IMG/VR virus record: IMGVR_UViG_3300045988_162524
Location: 21,293 to 85,292 of that record
Reading direction: 5' to 3' (one strand)
Source: a virus
DNA length: 64,000 nt
This document shows positions 8,467 to 16,506 of this stretch, in pieces (positions within the stretch are counted from its first letter, which is position 1; every line of letters begins with the position of its first letter). Position numbers and translations under genes: made by a program. Below the pieces are notes generated by a model, which worked only from the letters and a program-made list of their open reading frames with translations, was not told the origin of the DNA and searched no databases.

Positions 8467-8835
8467 ATGAAAAAGAATGTAAGAGAACATAAAAATGTAG
8501 GGGTACAATTTGCATACGTTTTGGACTGCATTTATAACGATGAAAAATTAGATATGAGTGATAAAGAAGCTATTAATTACTTCTTTGACTGTTTTGATAG
8601 AGAATATAACGACGCTTATTATAAGCGGTTATATCCTAGTTTACAGGAACGAGTGAAAGAATATATAAAAGGTTTGCCGTCTTGTTTCGGTGTGGCTTAT
8701 TGCACTGATACTATAATTAATATAGGCAAATCGTGGGGATATTGCAGAACGGAAAGACAAATAGTTGATTTTCAAAATAATTGGTTTTCGGTTATTGCGT
8801 GGAGATTAATACAGTTAAAAGAGAAATTAAACTAA
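8467..8835 (+). CDS. hypothetical protein (122 aa)
   Basis: ORF track; tandem packing. Confidence 0.55.
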   Translation: MKKNVREHKNVGVQFAYVLDCIYNDEKLDMSDKEAINYFFDCFDREYNDAYYKRLYPSLQERVKEYIKGLPSCFGVAYCTDTIINIGKSWGYCRTERQIVDFQNNWFSVIAWRLIQLKEKLN

Positions 8836-9122
8836 ATACATTATAGCATGGAAATAACATTTAATATATCGCAAAAATATTGGTCTGACTCTTTTATAGA
8901 CTCATTATTAATGTAGAAAGTTTTAATAAACTTTGCGGTGAAATAAATATAGGCGCAAAAGGTATTTCTTCTTCTACCTGTAATATACCCCGAAATAGAT
9001 TTGCCTTTCATCAAGCGGATAAAGCAAAAGTTATCGTAGAAAAAAGACAAAGAAGGGGCTATATACAAATTGCTTTTATTTTTTAAATATATATAGTTAT
9101 AAGGAATTAAAATAATAGAGTT

Positions 9123-9452
9123 ATGAAAACAATTAAATATAAGACTTTAATAGGTTTATTAAACCAAACTAGACAAATGACAGTAGAACAATTTATAAAC
9201 GGACGTTTTCACCATAATACAAAAGGGTGGATAAACTTTAAATTAAATGAAGAAGAAAAGAAAAAGGTATTGCAAAACTTTTCCAAATATTGTTTTGCAA
9301 CAAAGAAAGCGCAAAAACAAATGTTTCATAACCTTGTAAATAATTACGGAGATACTAGTTTGTTTCAATGTTTTTACATTGATAAAAGGGGCTTTAGCAA
9401 TAGTTTATCCGGCGAGGCTTTCGATTACTGTAGGAAACGTTTTAATAAATAA
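9123..9452 (+). CDS. hypothetical protein (109 aa)
   Basis: ORF track. Confidence 0.5.
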   Translation: MKTIKYKTLIGLLNQTRQMTVEQFINGRFHHNTKGWINFKLNEEEKKKVLQNFSKYCFATKKAQKQMFHNLVNNYGDTSLFQCFYIDKRGFSNSLSGEAFDYCRKRFNK

Positions 9453-9700
9453 TGGAAATGAAAACAAAAGTAAATTTTAGAATAACACGAGACGGTGAAA
9501 TTATTGCCGTGTTTATAGAAAAGCTAATTAATGATAATTTTTTAGTATATTCTTTGTATGATAACATGCACTTTGAGGCTGACAGTACCTATATAAGAGA
9601 ATGTAAACCAGCAAAAGGGTATAATACAAGTGAATTACTAGACTATTTAAAAAATAGAGGCTATAAAAATATAGAAATATTATCGAGAATGAAATTTTAA
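9452..9700 (+). CDS. hypothetical protein (82 aa)
   Basis: ORF track; start overlaps the upstream stop. Confidence 0.5.
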   Translation: MEMKTKVNFRITRDGEIIAVFIEKLINDNFLVYSLYDNMHFEADSTYIRECKPAKGYNTSELLDYLKNRGYKNIEILSRMKF

Positions 9701-9704
9701 TTTT

Positions 9705-9800
9705 ATGGAACGGAAAGAATTTAAAGAGATAATAAAAGGCTTTTCCGCTTTATATGGAATACTTTTAGTATTGTATATATTAGGAATTATATTTTGCTAA
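9705..9800 (+). CDS. small membrane peptide (31 aa)
   Basis: Own translation MERKEFKEIIKGFSALYGILLVLYILGIIFC; fills the gap between ORFs. Confidence 0.3.
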   Translation: MERKEFKEIIKGFSALYGILLVLYILGIIFC

Positions 9801-9819
9801 CCAAATAAAAAAGAAAGTC

Positions 9820-10131
9820 ATGAAAGCATTTAAATTAGATATTTATAGAGATAACGAACTAGTTTATAGTAACGTTTATAATAATAACATTGTATCTATT
9901 TGTGATCATATTGTGTCTTTTTCCAAATATTTACAAAGTAAATTATTTGTATCAGTTAGACAAATGTATTTTAATAATCTAGGCGAATTGAAGCCCAAAA
10001 TGTATAAAGGTAAGTTTAATTATTCGCTATCTTGTGCTATAGATAATAATACGTCTTACAAAGAATTAATATCTTTTTTGGAAAGGCACGAACCTAATTT
10101 GATAGAAAATAAAGATTTTACCAATGAGTGA
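9820..10131 (+). CDS. hypothetical protein (103 aa)
   Basis: ORF track. Confidence 0.5.
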   Translation: MKAFKLDIYRDNELVYSNVYNNNIVSICDHIVSFSKYLQSKLFVSVRQMYFNNLGELKPKMYKGKFNYSLSCAIDNNTSYKELISFLERHEPNLIENKDFTNE

Positions 10132-10339
10132 AGAAAAAAGAAAAGAGTTTCTAACAAAATTAGCTAGTTTGTTAGACGAGTATAACGTAAATATAATATT
10201 TACATGTAGCGGAGGGTCTGATATTAGCGGTTTATATAGCGACCGTATTATAATTTCGGAAAGAAAAACAGAGGAAATTATACTAGACACATTCGATGAA
10301 TGGAATTTAAGCGGTAACGTTATTAAAGAAAATATGTAA
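10124..10339 (+). CDS. hypothetical protein (71 aa)
   Basis: ORF track; 8-nt overlap with the upstream ORF. Confidence 0.5.
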   Translation: MSEEKRKEFLTKLASLLDEYNVNIIFTCSGGSDISGLYSDRIIISERKTEEIILDTFDEWNLSGNVIKENM

Positions 10340-10341
10340 TC

Positions 10342-10476
10342 ATGAAAAAAAGAACAATTATAAATAAAAGAATAGAATTCGTTTGTACGGTGATGAATAA
10401 CAAAGTATATTATTCAGAGAAAGAACGCAAAAGAATAGAAAGAAGAATGTTTATATTAAACAATTTAAAATATTAA
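10342..10476 (+). CDS. small basic protein (44 aa)
   Basis: Own translation MKKRTIINKRIEFVCTVMNNKVYYSEKERKRIERRMFILNNLKY. Confidence 0.3.
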   Translation: MKKRTIINKRIEFVCTVMNNKVYYSEKERKRIERRMFILNNLKY

Positions 10477-10480
10477 AGCC

Positions 10481-10705
10481 ATGAAAGAGATATTTAAACG
10501 AATAAAGAAATCACACCCCGATTATTTAATAATTATAAAAAAGAATAATTTGGGACAAATATATGAAAGTGATGCAATTATAGCTAAGGAAATTTTAGAT
10601 ATTAAATTAAATAAAAACGGTATATTGTGTTTTTCTTGGGAATTGTTAGATAGTATTTTAGTAAAGTTAATACATAACGGTATAAAAGTAGCGGTTAAAG
10701 AATAA
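10481..10705 (+). CDS. hypothetical protein (74 aa)
   Basis: ORF track. Confidence 0.5.
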   Translation: MKEIFKRIKKSHPDYLIIIKKNNLGQIYESDAIIAKEILDIKLNKNGILCFSWELLDSILVKLIHNGIKVAVKE

Positions 10706-10709
10706 TATT

Positions 10710-10859
10710 ATGAAAGAATATATTGTATATTACGGACTAGGAAATATTTGTTATTATATAGGTGTATTAGCCAATGACGAAAAAGAAGCAAAAGAGATAA
10801 TAGAAAAGCAACTTACAAACGGCTTGAAAGTACTCAAAGTAAAATTAATGGAGGAATGA
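10710..10859 (+). CDS. small protein (49 aa)
   Basis: Own translation MKEYIVYYGLGNICYYIGVLANDEKEAKEIIEKQLTNGLKVLKVKLMEE. Confidence 0.3.
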   Translation: MKEYIVYYGLGNICYYIGVLANDEKEAKEIIEKQLTNGLKVLKVKLMEE

Positions 10860-10862
10860 GTT

Positions 10863-11249
10863 ATGAAAAAGTATACAGAAAAGCAAATAGAGTCATTTAA
10901 AGAAATGATTAATAACGGTATAATATCTCAAATTGATGGATACCCGGAACTATGTAGAAAGATTGTACGTGATGTTCACGAAATCGAAGAAGGGTATTTT
11001 ACTTTTGAAAATCTTTCTACAAATGAAATTGTAAATCAGTGGGACGCTAGAGGAGAAAAAGGGCATTTAATCGACAGCTTGATAGAAAGTTACGACAAGC
11101 CGGAAATCATTTTAAAGGATATAGTTAAAACTTATTCGGAATATTTGTTTCCTGATCAAGTAGACCGAAGATATATGATAAAGTTGTTAGGTTTACGAGA
11201 TTACGCTACAAAGGAAGAAATTATAAAAGAATTAAATGAAATACTATGA
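10863..11249 (+). CDS. hypothetical protein (128 aa)
   Basis: ORF track. Confidence 0.55.
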   Translation: MKKYTEKQIESFKEMINNGIISQIDGYPELCRKIVRDVHEIEEGYFTFENLSTNEIVNQWDARGEKGHLIDSLIESYDKPEIILKDIVKTYSEYLFPDQVDRRYMIKLLGLRDYATKEEIIKELNEIL

Positions 11250-11413
11250 AAAAGAAAAAGTTTGATCCAATAAATTTCATTCCTAATCAGTCAAAATATC
11301 AAAGAGGTATTTTTAATGAATCTTTTGAAAAAGAACTGGAAGGACTTGCAGCGAATGAAATTCAAAGGGAGTTATTATTAAAGAAAAGTAATAAACATAT
11401 TAATAAAAAGTGA
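11246..11413 (+). CDS. small protein (55 aa)
   Basis: Own translation MKKKKFDPINFIPNQSKYQRG...; ATGA overlap with the upstream stop. Confidence 0.35.
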   Translation: MKKKKFDPINFIPNQSKYQRGIFNESFEKELEGLAANEIQRELLLKKSNKHINKK

Positions 11414-11417
11414 TAAT

Positions 11418-11621
11418 ATGAAAGCAAAAGATTACAAAGAGAATGGATATACACATGTATTGGTTGAAATCACTAATTTTGCCAATAAGCCGGAAATAAC
11501 GAAAGGTTTTAAAAGTTATTACGAAATGAGAAAAGCCAAATATAGAATGAATTTACATGAAATAAATTCAAAAATATTCTCATTTATGAGTGTCGACAAG
11601 GCTATTGATAATGGTCTTTAA
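11418..11621 (+). CDS. hypothetical protein (67 aa)
   Basis: ORF track. Confidence 0.5.
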   Translation: MKAKDYKENGYTHVLVEITNFANKPEITKGFKSYYEMRKAKYRMNLHEINSKIFSFMSVDKAIDNGL

Positions 11622-11713
11622 ATAAAGAAAGGAGTAAAAAATGTTGTTTATAATATGTTTGATTATTTGGGGTGGATGTACTGTATTTGAAGGGCTAACT
11701 AAAAAATAGTAAT

Positions 11714-12448
11714 ATGAATAAGTATATATCTTGGCGTAGGGTGTCAACGCAAAAACAAGGTCGATCTGGTTTAGGACTTGAGGCACAAAAAGACATTATA
11801 AATTACTTCATAGAAAAAGATAACGGTTTGTTGTTGGCGGACTATGAAGAAATTTATACCGGAACGGAATTGTCTAAATGTACGGAATTACGGAAAGCGA
11901 TTGAACACGCAAAGAAAGAAAATGCTAAATTGATTATTGCTAAGTGCGATCGTTTCCGTAATACATTAGAGGCACTACAAGTATTAGCGGAAATTGGTGA
12001 AAACAATATTGTTTTTTGTGATTTACCTAATAGTGACAAATTTACTTTGACATTATTCTTCAGTTTGGCTGAAAGAGAAGCATTGTTGGTTAGCATACGT
12101 ACAAAAGCGGCTTTAGCAGCAAAGAAAAAACGTAATGAGCAAACAGGAGGAACAAAAGAATTGTGGGGAAAGAATAGTTCTACAGATAGAATAGTTTCAA
12201 TAAATAAGATGCAAGATGAGTCCGCAAACAAAAGGCGAGAAAATGCACGTGTTAATGAAAGTAATGTGTTTTTTTGGGCTTTCATTACTGATTGGATAAA
12301 AGATAAGGGAGAGCCTAGAAACTACGAAATTTGGGGAGATATTGCACAAAAATTGAATAATCTGAATCAAAAGACAGCTACAGGAATGGAATATAATTCA
12401 GTTCGTGCGGCTGCAATGTATCGTAAACTTAAAAAGATAATGAAGTAA
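11714..12448 (+). CDS. small serine recombinase (resolvase/invertase family)
   Basis: N-terminal YISWRRVSTQKQGRSGLGLEAQ (catalytic Ser context), DRFRN, SLAEREALLVSIRTKAAL. C-terminal HTH-like WGDIAQKLNNLNQKTATGMEYNSVRAAAMY. Confidence 0.75.
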   Translation: MNKYISWRRVSTQKQGRSGLGLEAQKDIINYFIEKDNGLLLADYEEIYTGTELSKCTELRKAIEHAKKENAKLIIAKCDRFRNTLEALQVLAEIGENNIVFCDLPNSDKFTLTLFFSLAEREALLVSIRTKAALAAKKKRNEQTGGTKELWGKNSSTDRIVSINKMQDESANKRRENARVNESNVFFWAFITDWIKDKGEPRNYEIWGDIAQKLNNLNQKTATGMEYNSVRAAAMYRKLKKIMK

Positions 12449-12479
12449 AAACGAGATAATATTAAATTTATATAAAGCT

Positions 12480-12683
12480 ATGAGCAAAAGAATTTTAATA
12501 GAGAATTATTTCAGGAATAAATATCCTGATGAAAGGTATCAGTTCAAAGCATATCATACTATAGAGGATATGTTTGGAGTCAAAGGGAACAATCTTTATG
12601 TCGTTGAATTTATAGATGTGAAGATGAGATACCCTAAAACATTGGAGTTAAGAATCAAAGAAAGTGAATTATTAAATATTTGA
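12480..12683 (+). CDS. hypothetical protein (67 aa)
   Basis: ORF track. Confidence 0.5.
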   Translation: MSKRILIENYFRNKYPDERYQFKAYHTIEDMFGVKGNNLYVVEFIDVKMRYPKTLELRIKESELLNI

Positions 12684-12686
12684 GTT

Positions 12687-12890
12687 ATGGAAAGCAAAGA
12701 GGATATTATTAGAAAATATATCAAAGGAATAGTTTCTATTGAAAGCAATGGGAAAGTTATGTATGTTTCCACAAAGAATTGCTTTGCTAGAACAAGTACC
12801 TTAGAATTTCTAAAAGAGAGATTAAATTGCAAAGAAATATTGGTAGAAATAAAAGCAAAAGATGGTTTATTAATGTATGTAATTGAATAA
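12687..12890 (+). CDS. hypothetical protein (67 aa)
   Basis: ORF track. Confidence 0.5.
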   Translation: MESKEDIIRKYIKGIVSIESNGKVMYVSTKNCFARTSTLEFLKERLNCKEILVEIKAKDGLLMYVIE

Positions 12891-13076
12891 TGATATGAAA
12901 ACAAAGAAAATCACCTTAGTATTAGATTCTAAAACAACAAAGAATCCTTAAATTAACATTGGCAGCATGTTTTAATGGAGAAGAAGTAGAAGTTAGCTTC
13001 CTTGCCAATCTTTTCAAATTGGTGGTAGATGGTTTATTAATTTGGTGGTTGGTAGAATCATTTAAATATTAGAACT

Positions 13077-13307
13077 ATGACATACAAAAAGTTTTTAGAG
13101 CAAACAAAAAAAGCTAAAACGGAATTTATAAAAAGAATCCGTCAGTATGAAGATGTTACAAGCAAAGAAATTGATAACATCGAAATAAGTTGGGATTATA
13201 TTCGCATATCGCTTTATTTGCAAACAGAAGAAAGTGAATATGAACATGTATGGGAATACGATGGCACAAAAGATGAATTGTTTAGTTTATGTTTTGATGT
13301 AAAATAA
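13077..13307 (+). CDS. hypothetical protein (76 aa)
   Basis: ORF track. Confidence 0.5.
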   Translation: MTYKKFLEQTKKAKTEFIKRIRQYEDVTSKEIDNIEISWDYIRISLYLQTEESEYEHVWEYDGTKDELFSLCFDVK

Positions 13308-13324
13308 AAGTAAATATATACAAT

Positions 13325-13528
13325 ATGTGGATAAGAATACAGAATCAACGATTGAAAGACGCAAGTATTAAAGAATACAAAGGGCGTGGGAACAGTGTTT
13401 CAAGTGGTAAATACTGCATTGAAATGAAGTACGGGAACGGAATAAGGTATTTCTATTTTGACAATGAAGTAGAATATGATAGAGCTTTGTTTCGGCTAGA
13501 TGAAATATTGAAAGTACAAGAGGTTTAA
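13325..13528 (+). CDS. hypothetical protein (67 aa)
   Basis: ORF track. Confidence 0.5.
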   Translation: MWIRIQNQRLKDASIKEYKGRGNSVSSGKYCIEMKYGNGIRYFYFDNEVEYDRALFRLDEILKVQEV

Positions 13529-13544
13529 TTAAGGAGGAATAATT

Positions 13545-13679
13545 ATGACAGTACAAGAACTAATTGATATTTTATCTGCGATAGAAGATAAAAGTAAACC
13601 TGTAAAAATAGACATCTTTGATGATGAAGTCAAAGATGTTATAGAGCGTGAAGATCGTGTTGAACTTTATGATTATTGA
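13545..13679 (+). CDS. small acidic protein (44 aa), tandem paralog 1
   Basis: Own translation MTVQELIDILSAIEDKSKPVKIDIFDDEVKDVIEREDRVELYDY; AAGGAGGAATAA at 13531-13542. Confidence 0.4.
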   Translation: MTVQELIDILSAIEDKSKPVKIDIFDDEVKDVIEREDRVELYDY

Positions 13680-13681
13680 AT

Positions 13682-13819
13682 ATGACAGTAGAAGCTTTAA
13701 TTGAACTACTTGAAGAAGTAGAAGATAAAACTAGAGACGTAAAATTTAACGATGGTTGGGATGCTTATTTAATTGAAGATGTTGATACTGAATCAACAGA
13801 TGATGTGATTCTTTTATAA
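13682..13819 (+). CDS. small acidic protein (45 aa), tandem paralog 2
   Basis: Own translation MTVEALIELLEEVEDKTRDVKFNDGWDAYLIEDVDTESTDDVILL; similar N-terminus to 13545..13679. Confidence 0.4.
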   Translation: MTVEALIELLEEVEDKTRDVKFNDGWDAYLIEDVDTESTDDVILL

Positions 13820-13828
13820 CCATAATAA

Positions 13829-13886
13829 AACCTTATGGTTAACCATATGGTTATATTTAGGTTATCCATAAGAAAACCACATGGTT
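13829..13886. promoter_or_regulatory. cluster of three AACCnnATGGTT dyads (operator-like)
   Basis: AACCTTATGGTT 13829-13840; perfect palindrome AACCATATGGTT 13841-13852; AACCACATGGTT 13875-13886. Half-sites near 13818 and 13863. Confidence 0.55.
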
Positions 13887-13946
13887 TTAGAAAGTTATAT
13901 AAATGTTAAATACATCTTTTCTCTTGCTCATCTCAAAAATAAAGAA

Positions 13947-13963
13947 GATATTTGCCGATGTAT
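13947..13963 (+). promoter_or_regulatory. near-consensus -7 box inside a 17-mer shared with 31245-31261
   Basis: GATATTTGCCGATGTAT is identical at both loci; GAtaTTTG is one mismatch from TAnnTTTG. Confidence 0.4.
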
Positions 13964-14026
13964 TAGAAGTAGAGAGCTAATGCGGACATATTAAAAGACT
14001 TTTTTAAGTGACAAAAATATATTCTT

Positions 14027-14068
14027 AAATCCGTATTGTTCTCTCTACCTTGACAATACGGATTTTTT
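14027..14068 (+). terminator. intrinsic terminator hairpin 1
   Basis: AAATCCGTATTG 14027-14038 pairs with CAATACGGATTT 14054-14065 (12 bp), followed by a T-run. Confidence 0.7.
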
Positions 14069-14106
14069 ATTCCGTATTGGATTTTTCTAATACGGAATAT
14101 TTTTTG
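14069..14106 (+). terminator. intrinsic terminator hairpin 2
   Basis: ATTCCGTATT 14069-14078 pairs with AATACGGAAT 14089-14098 (10 bp), followed by ATTTTTTG. Confidence 0.65.
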
Positions 14107-14500
14107 TTATTTAGAAGAGTGTTTTTAATGATTTGACTCTTACAAAATCTCAAATTGAGAATTTATTTCTCTATCTAATGTATATACGTTGAGGTAGGTG
14201 TCCTTGTTCCAGTAGAAGCTCTGTTTATCCTAACAACTTCTGACCTTGCGAGGGCTGTATATATGTTGCATCGGGAGCGTCTGAAATGGACGAGCGTATA
14301 TCTACTTTGAAATGAAGCATCAAAGAGTACGGATATAAGGATAAAAAAGTTAAATAACAAACAGGCTAGTCCAATCACCAAGCTATACTATATAGGGTAG
14401 CAAGGGAGATAAAGGAGCTTCTATATAAAACAGGCAGTGAACACTAATGATATGAGAAAAAGAAAGAATAAATTTCAAATTAAGAAAAACAATATATATT

Positions 14501-14980
14501 ATGAATGATAAAAAAACTTTTGTTGTATTCACAGATGGTGGTTGTGATGCAATAAGTAAAATCGGAGCTTCCGCTATTCTTATTATTGATCCCGATATTG
14601 ATGGTATTATCTATGAATGGTCTGATGCTTTTAATGATACTACAAATAACAGAATGGAACTAATAGCTTTTAAAGAAGCTTTAGAAAATCTACCCAATGA
14701 TTGTGAAGTAATATTTATGACTGATAGCCAATATTGCATAACAGTTCTAAGTGGAAACAAGTCTGAATATCCTAAGAATATGGATTTAATTAGGAATATT
14801 AGGGCTATTAGAAGTGAAAAGAATATATCATGTGATTACCATTACGTAAAAGCGCATAATGGTAATAAATGGAATGAGATGGTAGATTCAGCTTGTGAAA
14901 GAGCTATCCAACAGAGGAGAAATGAGATAAGTCCGGGGAATGATAGCAAAGGTTCTTTAATTTCTAAATACGGATATTAA
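14501..14980 (+). CDS. rnhA: ribonuclease HI
   Basis: DEDD pattern: VFTDGGC, NNRMELIAFKEAL, MTDSQY, KAHNGNKWNEMVDSACERA. Confidence 0.85.
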   Translation: MNDKKTFVVFTDGGCDAISKIGASAILIIDPDIDGIIYEWSDAFNDTTNNRMELIAFKEALENLPNDCEVIFMTDSQYCITVLSGNKSEYPKNMDLIRNIRAIRSEKNISCDYHYVKAHNGNKWNEMVDSACERAIQQRRNEISPGNDSKGSLISKYGY

Positions 14981-15028
14981 TCTAATAAACTAATAATATG
15001 AGTACATATATAACTATAAAATAGAGCC

Positions 15029-15238
15029 ATGAAAGAATTACCGATAGGGACTGAAATAAAACTTCCATTTGTTACTTTAGAAGTAGAAGCAATTGAAGGT
15101 ATTTGTTGCGATAAATGTTTTTTTGCAGAAGTTTGTGAAGAAAATGGGGAATTTGTAGCTAAATCTTTTGGAGGTTGTGATGCTTCTGAAAGAGAAGATA
15201 GAACCAATGTTATATTTAAAGAGATAAGCCATGAATGA
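15029..15238 (+). CDS. hypothetical Cys-rich protein (69 aa)
   Basis: ORF track; CCDKCFFAEVC...GGC. Confidence 0.5.
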   Translation: MKELPIGTEIKLPFVTLEVEAIEGICCDKCFFAEVCEENGEFVAKSFGGCDASEREDRTNVIFKEISHE

Positions 15239-15431
15239 ATTTCCACGAAATCCAAAATTCATAGATTTATCAGAGTTGAAAGTCCCTAAAGAAGATTTTG
15301 ATAATTTATTAAGATCAATGTCTAAAGACATCGCTGAAAAACAGATCAATAATATTGTTGAAGAGGTAAATAAAGTGTTATCTAATTATCCTTACCCTGA
15401 AAAAGATAAATCGCATGAAAAAATGGAATAG
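15231..15431 (+). CDS. hypothetical protein (66 aa)
   Basis: ORF track; overlaps neighbours. Confidence 0.5.
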   Translation: MNEFPRNPKFIDLSELKVPKEDFDNLLRSMSKDIAEKQINNIVEEVNKVLSNYPYPEKDKSHEKME

Positions 15432-15621
15432 AATGATAAAAGACGGATGGAATAATGCAAGGGAGATAAAGCCTAGCAAATATAACACCGTTAATGTCTG
15501 TCTTAAAGATGGCAGATATACTAATTCCTTTTGGACTGGACGAGAATGGGCTTATAATGTAGAGCCTATCTTATGGAAAGAAATCGAAGAAGTAATAGTA
15601 CCAATGTGTAAACGAATTTAA
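15415..15621 (+). CDS. hypothetical protein (68 aa)
   Basis: ORF track. Confidence 0.5.
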   Translation: MKKWNRMIKDGWNNAREIKPSKYNTVNVCLKDGRYTNSFWTGREWAYNVEPILWKEIEEVIVPMCKRI

Positions 15622-15633
15622 TAATAAAAAGCT

Positions 15634-16026
15634 ATGATAAAAGAAATTGTAGAGCAATGGGAAGCTAATAAGCATAAGTTGGAAAAATGGTTTAGAGAAA
15701 ACAAATTGAAAGAATGTGATTCATACCTAAAAATAGTAAGTGCTATATTTACGTATGTTATATCTGAATATGATGTGGAAAAGATACATGTAATTGATGA
15801 TGGCGATTGGTCAGGTACAGAGATATTCATCATCCCTGAAAAAGATGTATATCAGCCTGGAATAGAAGATTATCTTATGACACATACCTATTATGGTTCT
15901 TGTTCCGGTTGTGATACCTTGTTGAATATATTAGACTTTTGCGAAGAAGATTATCCAAATGAAGAGCAAGTTAAACAATTAATGACTCTCTCTCTTCACC
16001 TAATACAAAGAATAAAACCATTATGA
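15634..16026 (+). CDS. hypothetical protein (130 aa)
   Basis: ORF track; ends in a TGA that overlaps the next ATG (ATGA). Confidence 0.55.
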   Translation: MIKEIVEQWEANKHKLEKWFRENKLKECDSYLKIVSAIFTYVISEYDVEKIHVIDDGDWSGTEIFIIPEKDVYQPGIEDYLMTHTYYGSCSGCDTLLNILDFCEEDYPNEEQVKQLMTLSLHLIQRIKPL

Positions 16027-16343
16027 GAAAATTACCTGAAATAGGAAAGTTTTACGATTGTTATGACGATGGTAAAATACATGAATCTTGGAAGTATAAA
16101 GTCAAAATAACATCTATTATCCCATTTGAAAAAGCATCGCTTTATTTGCTTACAAAATGGAGAAAGGCACAAAATAGTTATTATTGGATATTTGCAAGAG
16201 AAACGGACTATTTTATAATTGGACAGAGTTATGAAAGGGAGGATGAAGGGATAATAAGCCAATCTGTTTTTGTTCGTACTAAAGATGGAGAATGGTTTAG
16301 TATTGGTGATTTTTGGGATAGCGGACTTTTAATCGTAGAATAG
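16023..16343 (+). CDS. hypothetical protein (106 aa)
   Basis: ORF track. Confidence 0.55.
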   Translation: MRKLPEIGKFYDCYDDGKIHESWKYKVKITSIIPFEKASLYLLTKWRKAQNSYYWIFARETDYFIIGQSYEREDEGIISQSVFVRTKDGEWFSIGDFWDSGLLIVE

Positions 16344-16345
16344 TT

Positions 16346-16495
16346 ATGCGAACAGTAATATTACTATCAGCGGCATTAATATCTGAATGTATTAATCCCA
16401 CTTGTGTAAATGAAAATATAGATATTTTATCTATATGTATGTTTATTTTTATAGTCATGGATGTTATTGAATTTGTTTTTAAACATTTTAAATGA
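16346..16495 (+). CDS. small membrane protein (49 aa)
   Basis: Own translation MRTVILLSAALISECINPTCVNENIDILSICMFIFIVMDVIEFVFKHFK. Confidence 0.3.
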   Translation: MRTVILLSAALISECINPTCVNENIDILSICMFIFIVMDVIEFVFKHFK

Positions 16496-16506
16496 AATAA
16501 ATAATC

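Larger units (their letters stand above)
13960..14106 (+). ncRNA. candidate short non-coding transcript ending in twin terminators
   Basis: Promoter-like 17-mer upstream, no ORF longer than 4 codons, then two intrinsic-terminator hairpins. Start coordinate is approximate. Confidence 0.35.

Noticed and set aside
12895-13076. Possible +1 frameshift joining an 18-codon ORF (MKTKKITLVLDSKTTKNP) to an open +1 frame (..LAACFNGEEVEVSFLANLFKLVVDGLLIWWLVESFKY)
   Set aside because: There is no recognised +1 slippery/stop context. This is more simply a 1-nt indel in the A4 run, a non-ATG start, or non-coding sequence containing a hairpin (ATTGGCA/TGCCAAT). Evidence is too weak to report as a finding.
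14027-14106. Mini CRISPR-like array (repeated CCGTATTG units)
   Set aside because: The repeats alternate in orientation and form two terminator hairpins with T-runs. There are no direct repeats with unique spacers and no cas genes.
14175-14381. 68-aa minus-strand ORF in the G+C-rich island upstream of rnhA
   Set aside because: It is antisense to every neighbouring gene and has no start context or promoter box. Its composition (Arg/Thr/Ser-rich tail) looks like translation of structured non-coding sequence.
13947-14980. Retron-like system (structured RNA next to RNase H)
   Set aside because: No reverse transcriptase ORF or YxDD motif occurs anywhere in the window. RNase HI alone is common in phage replication modules.
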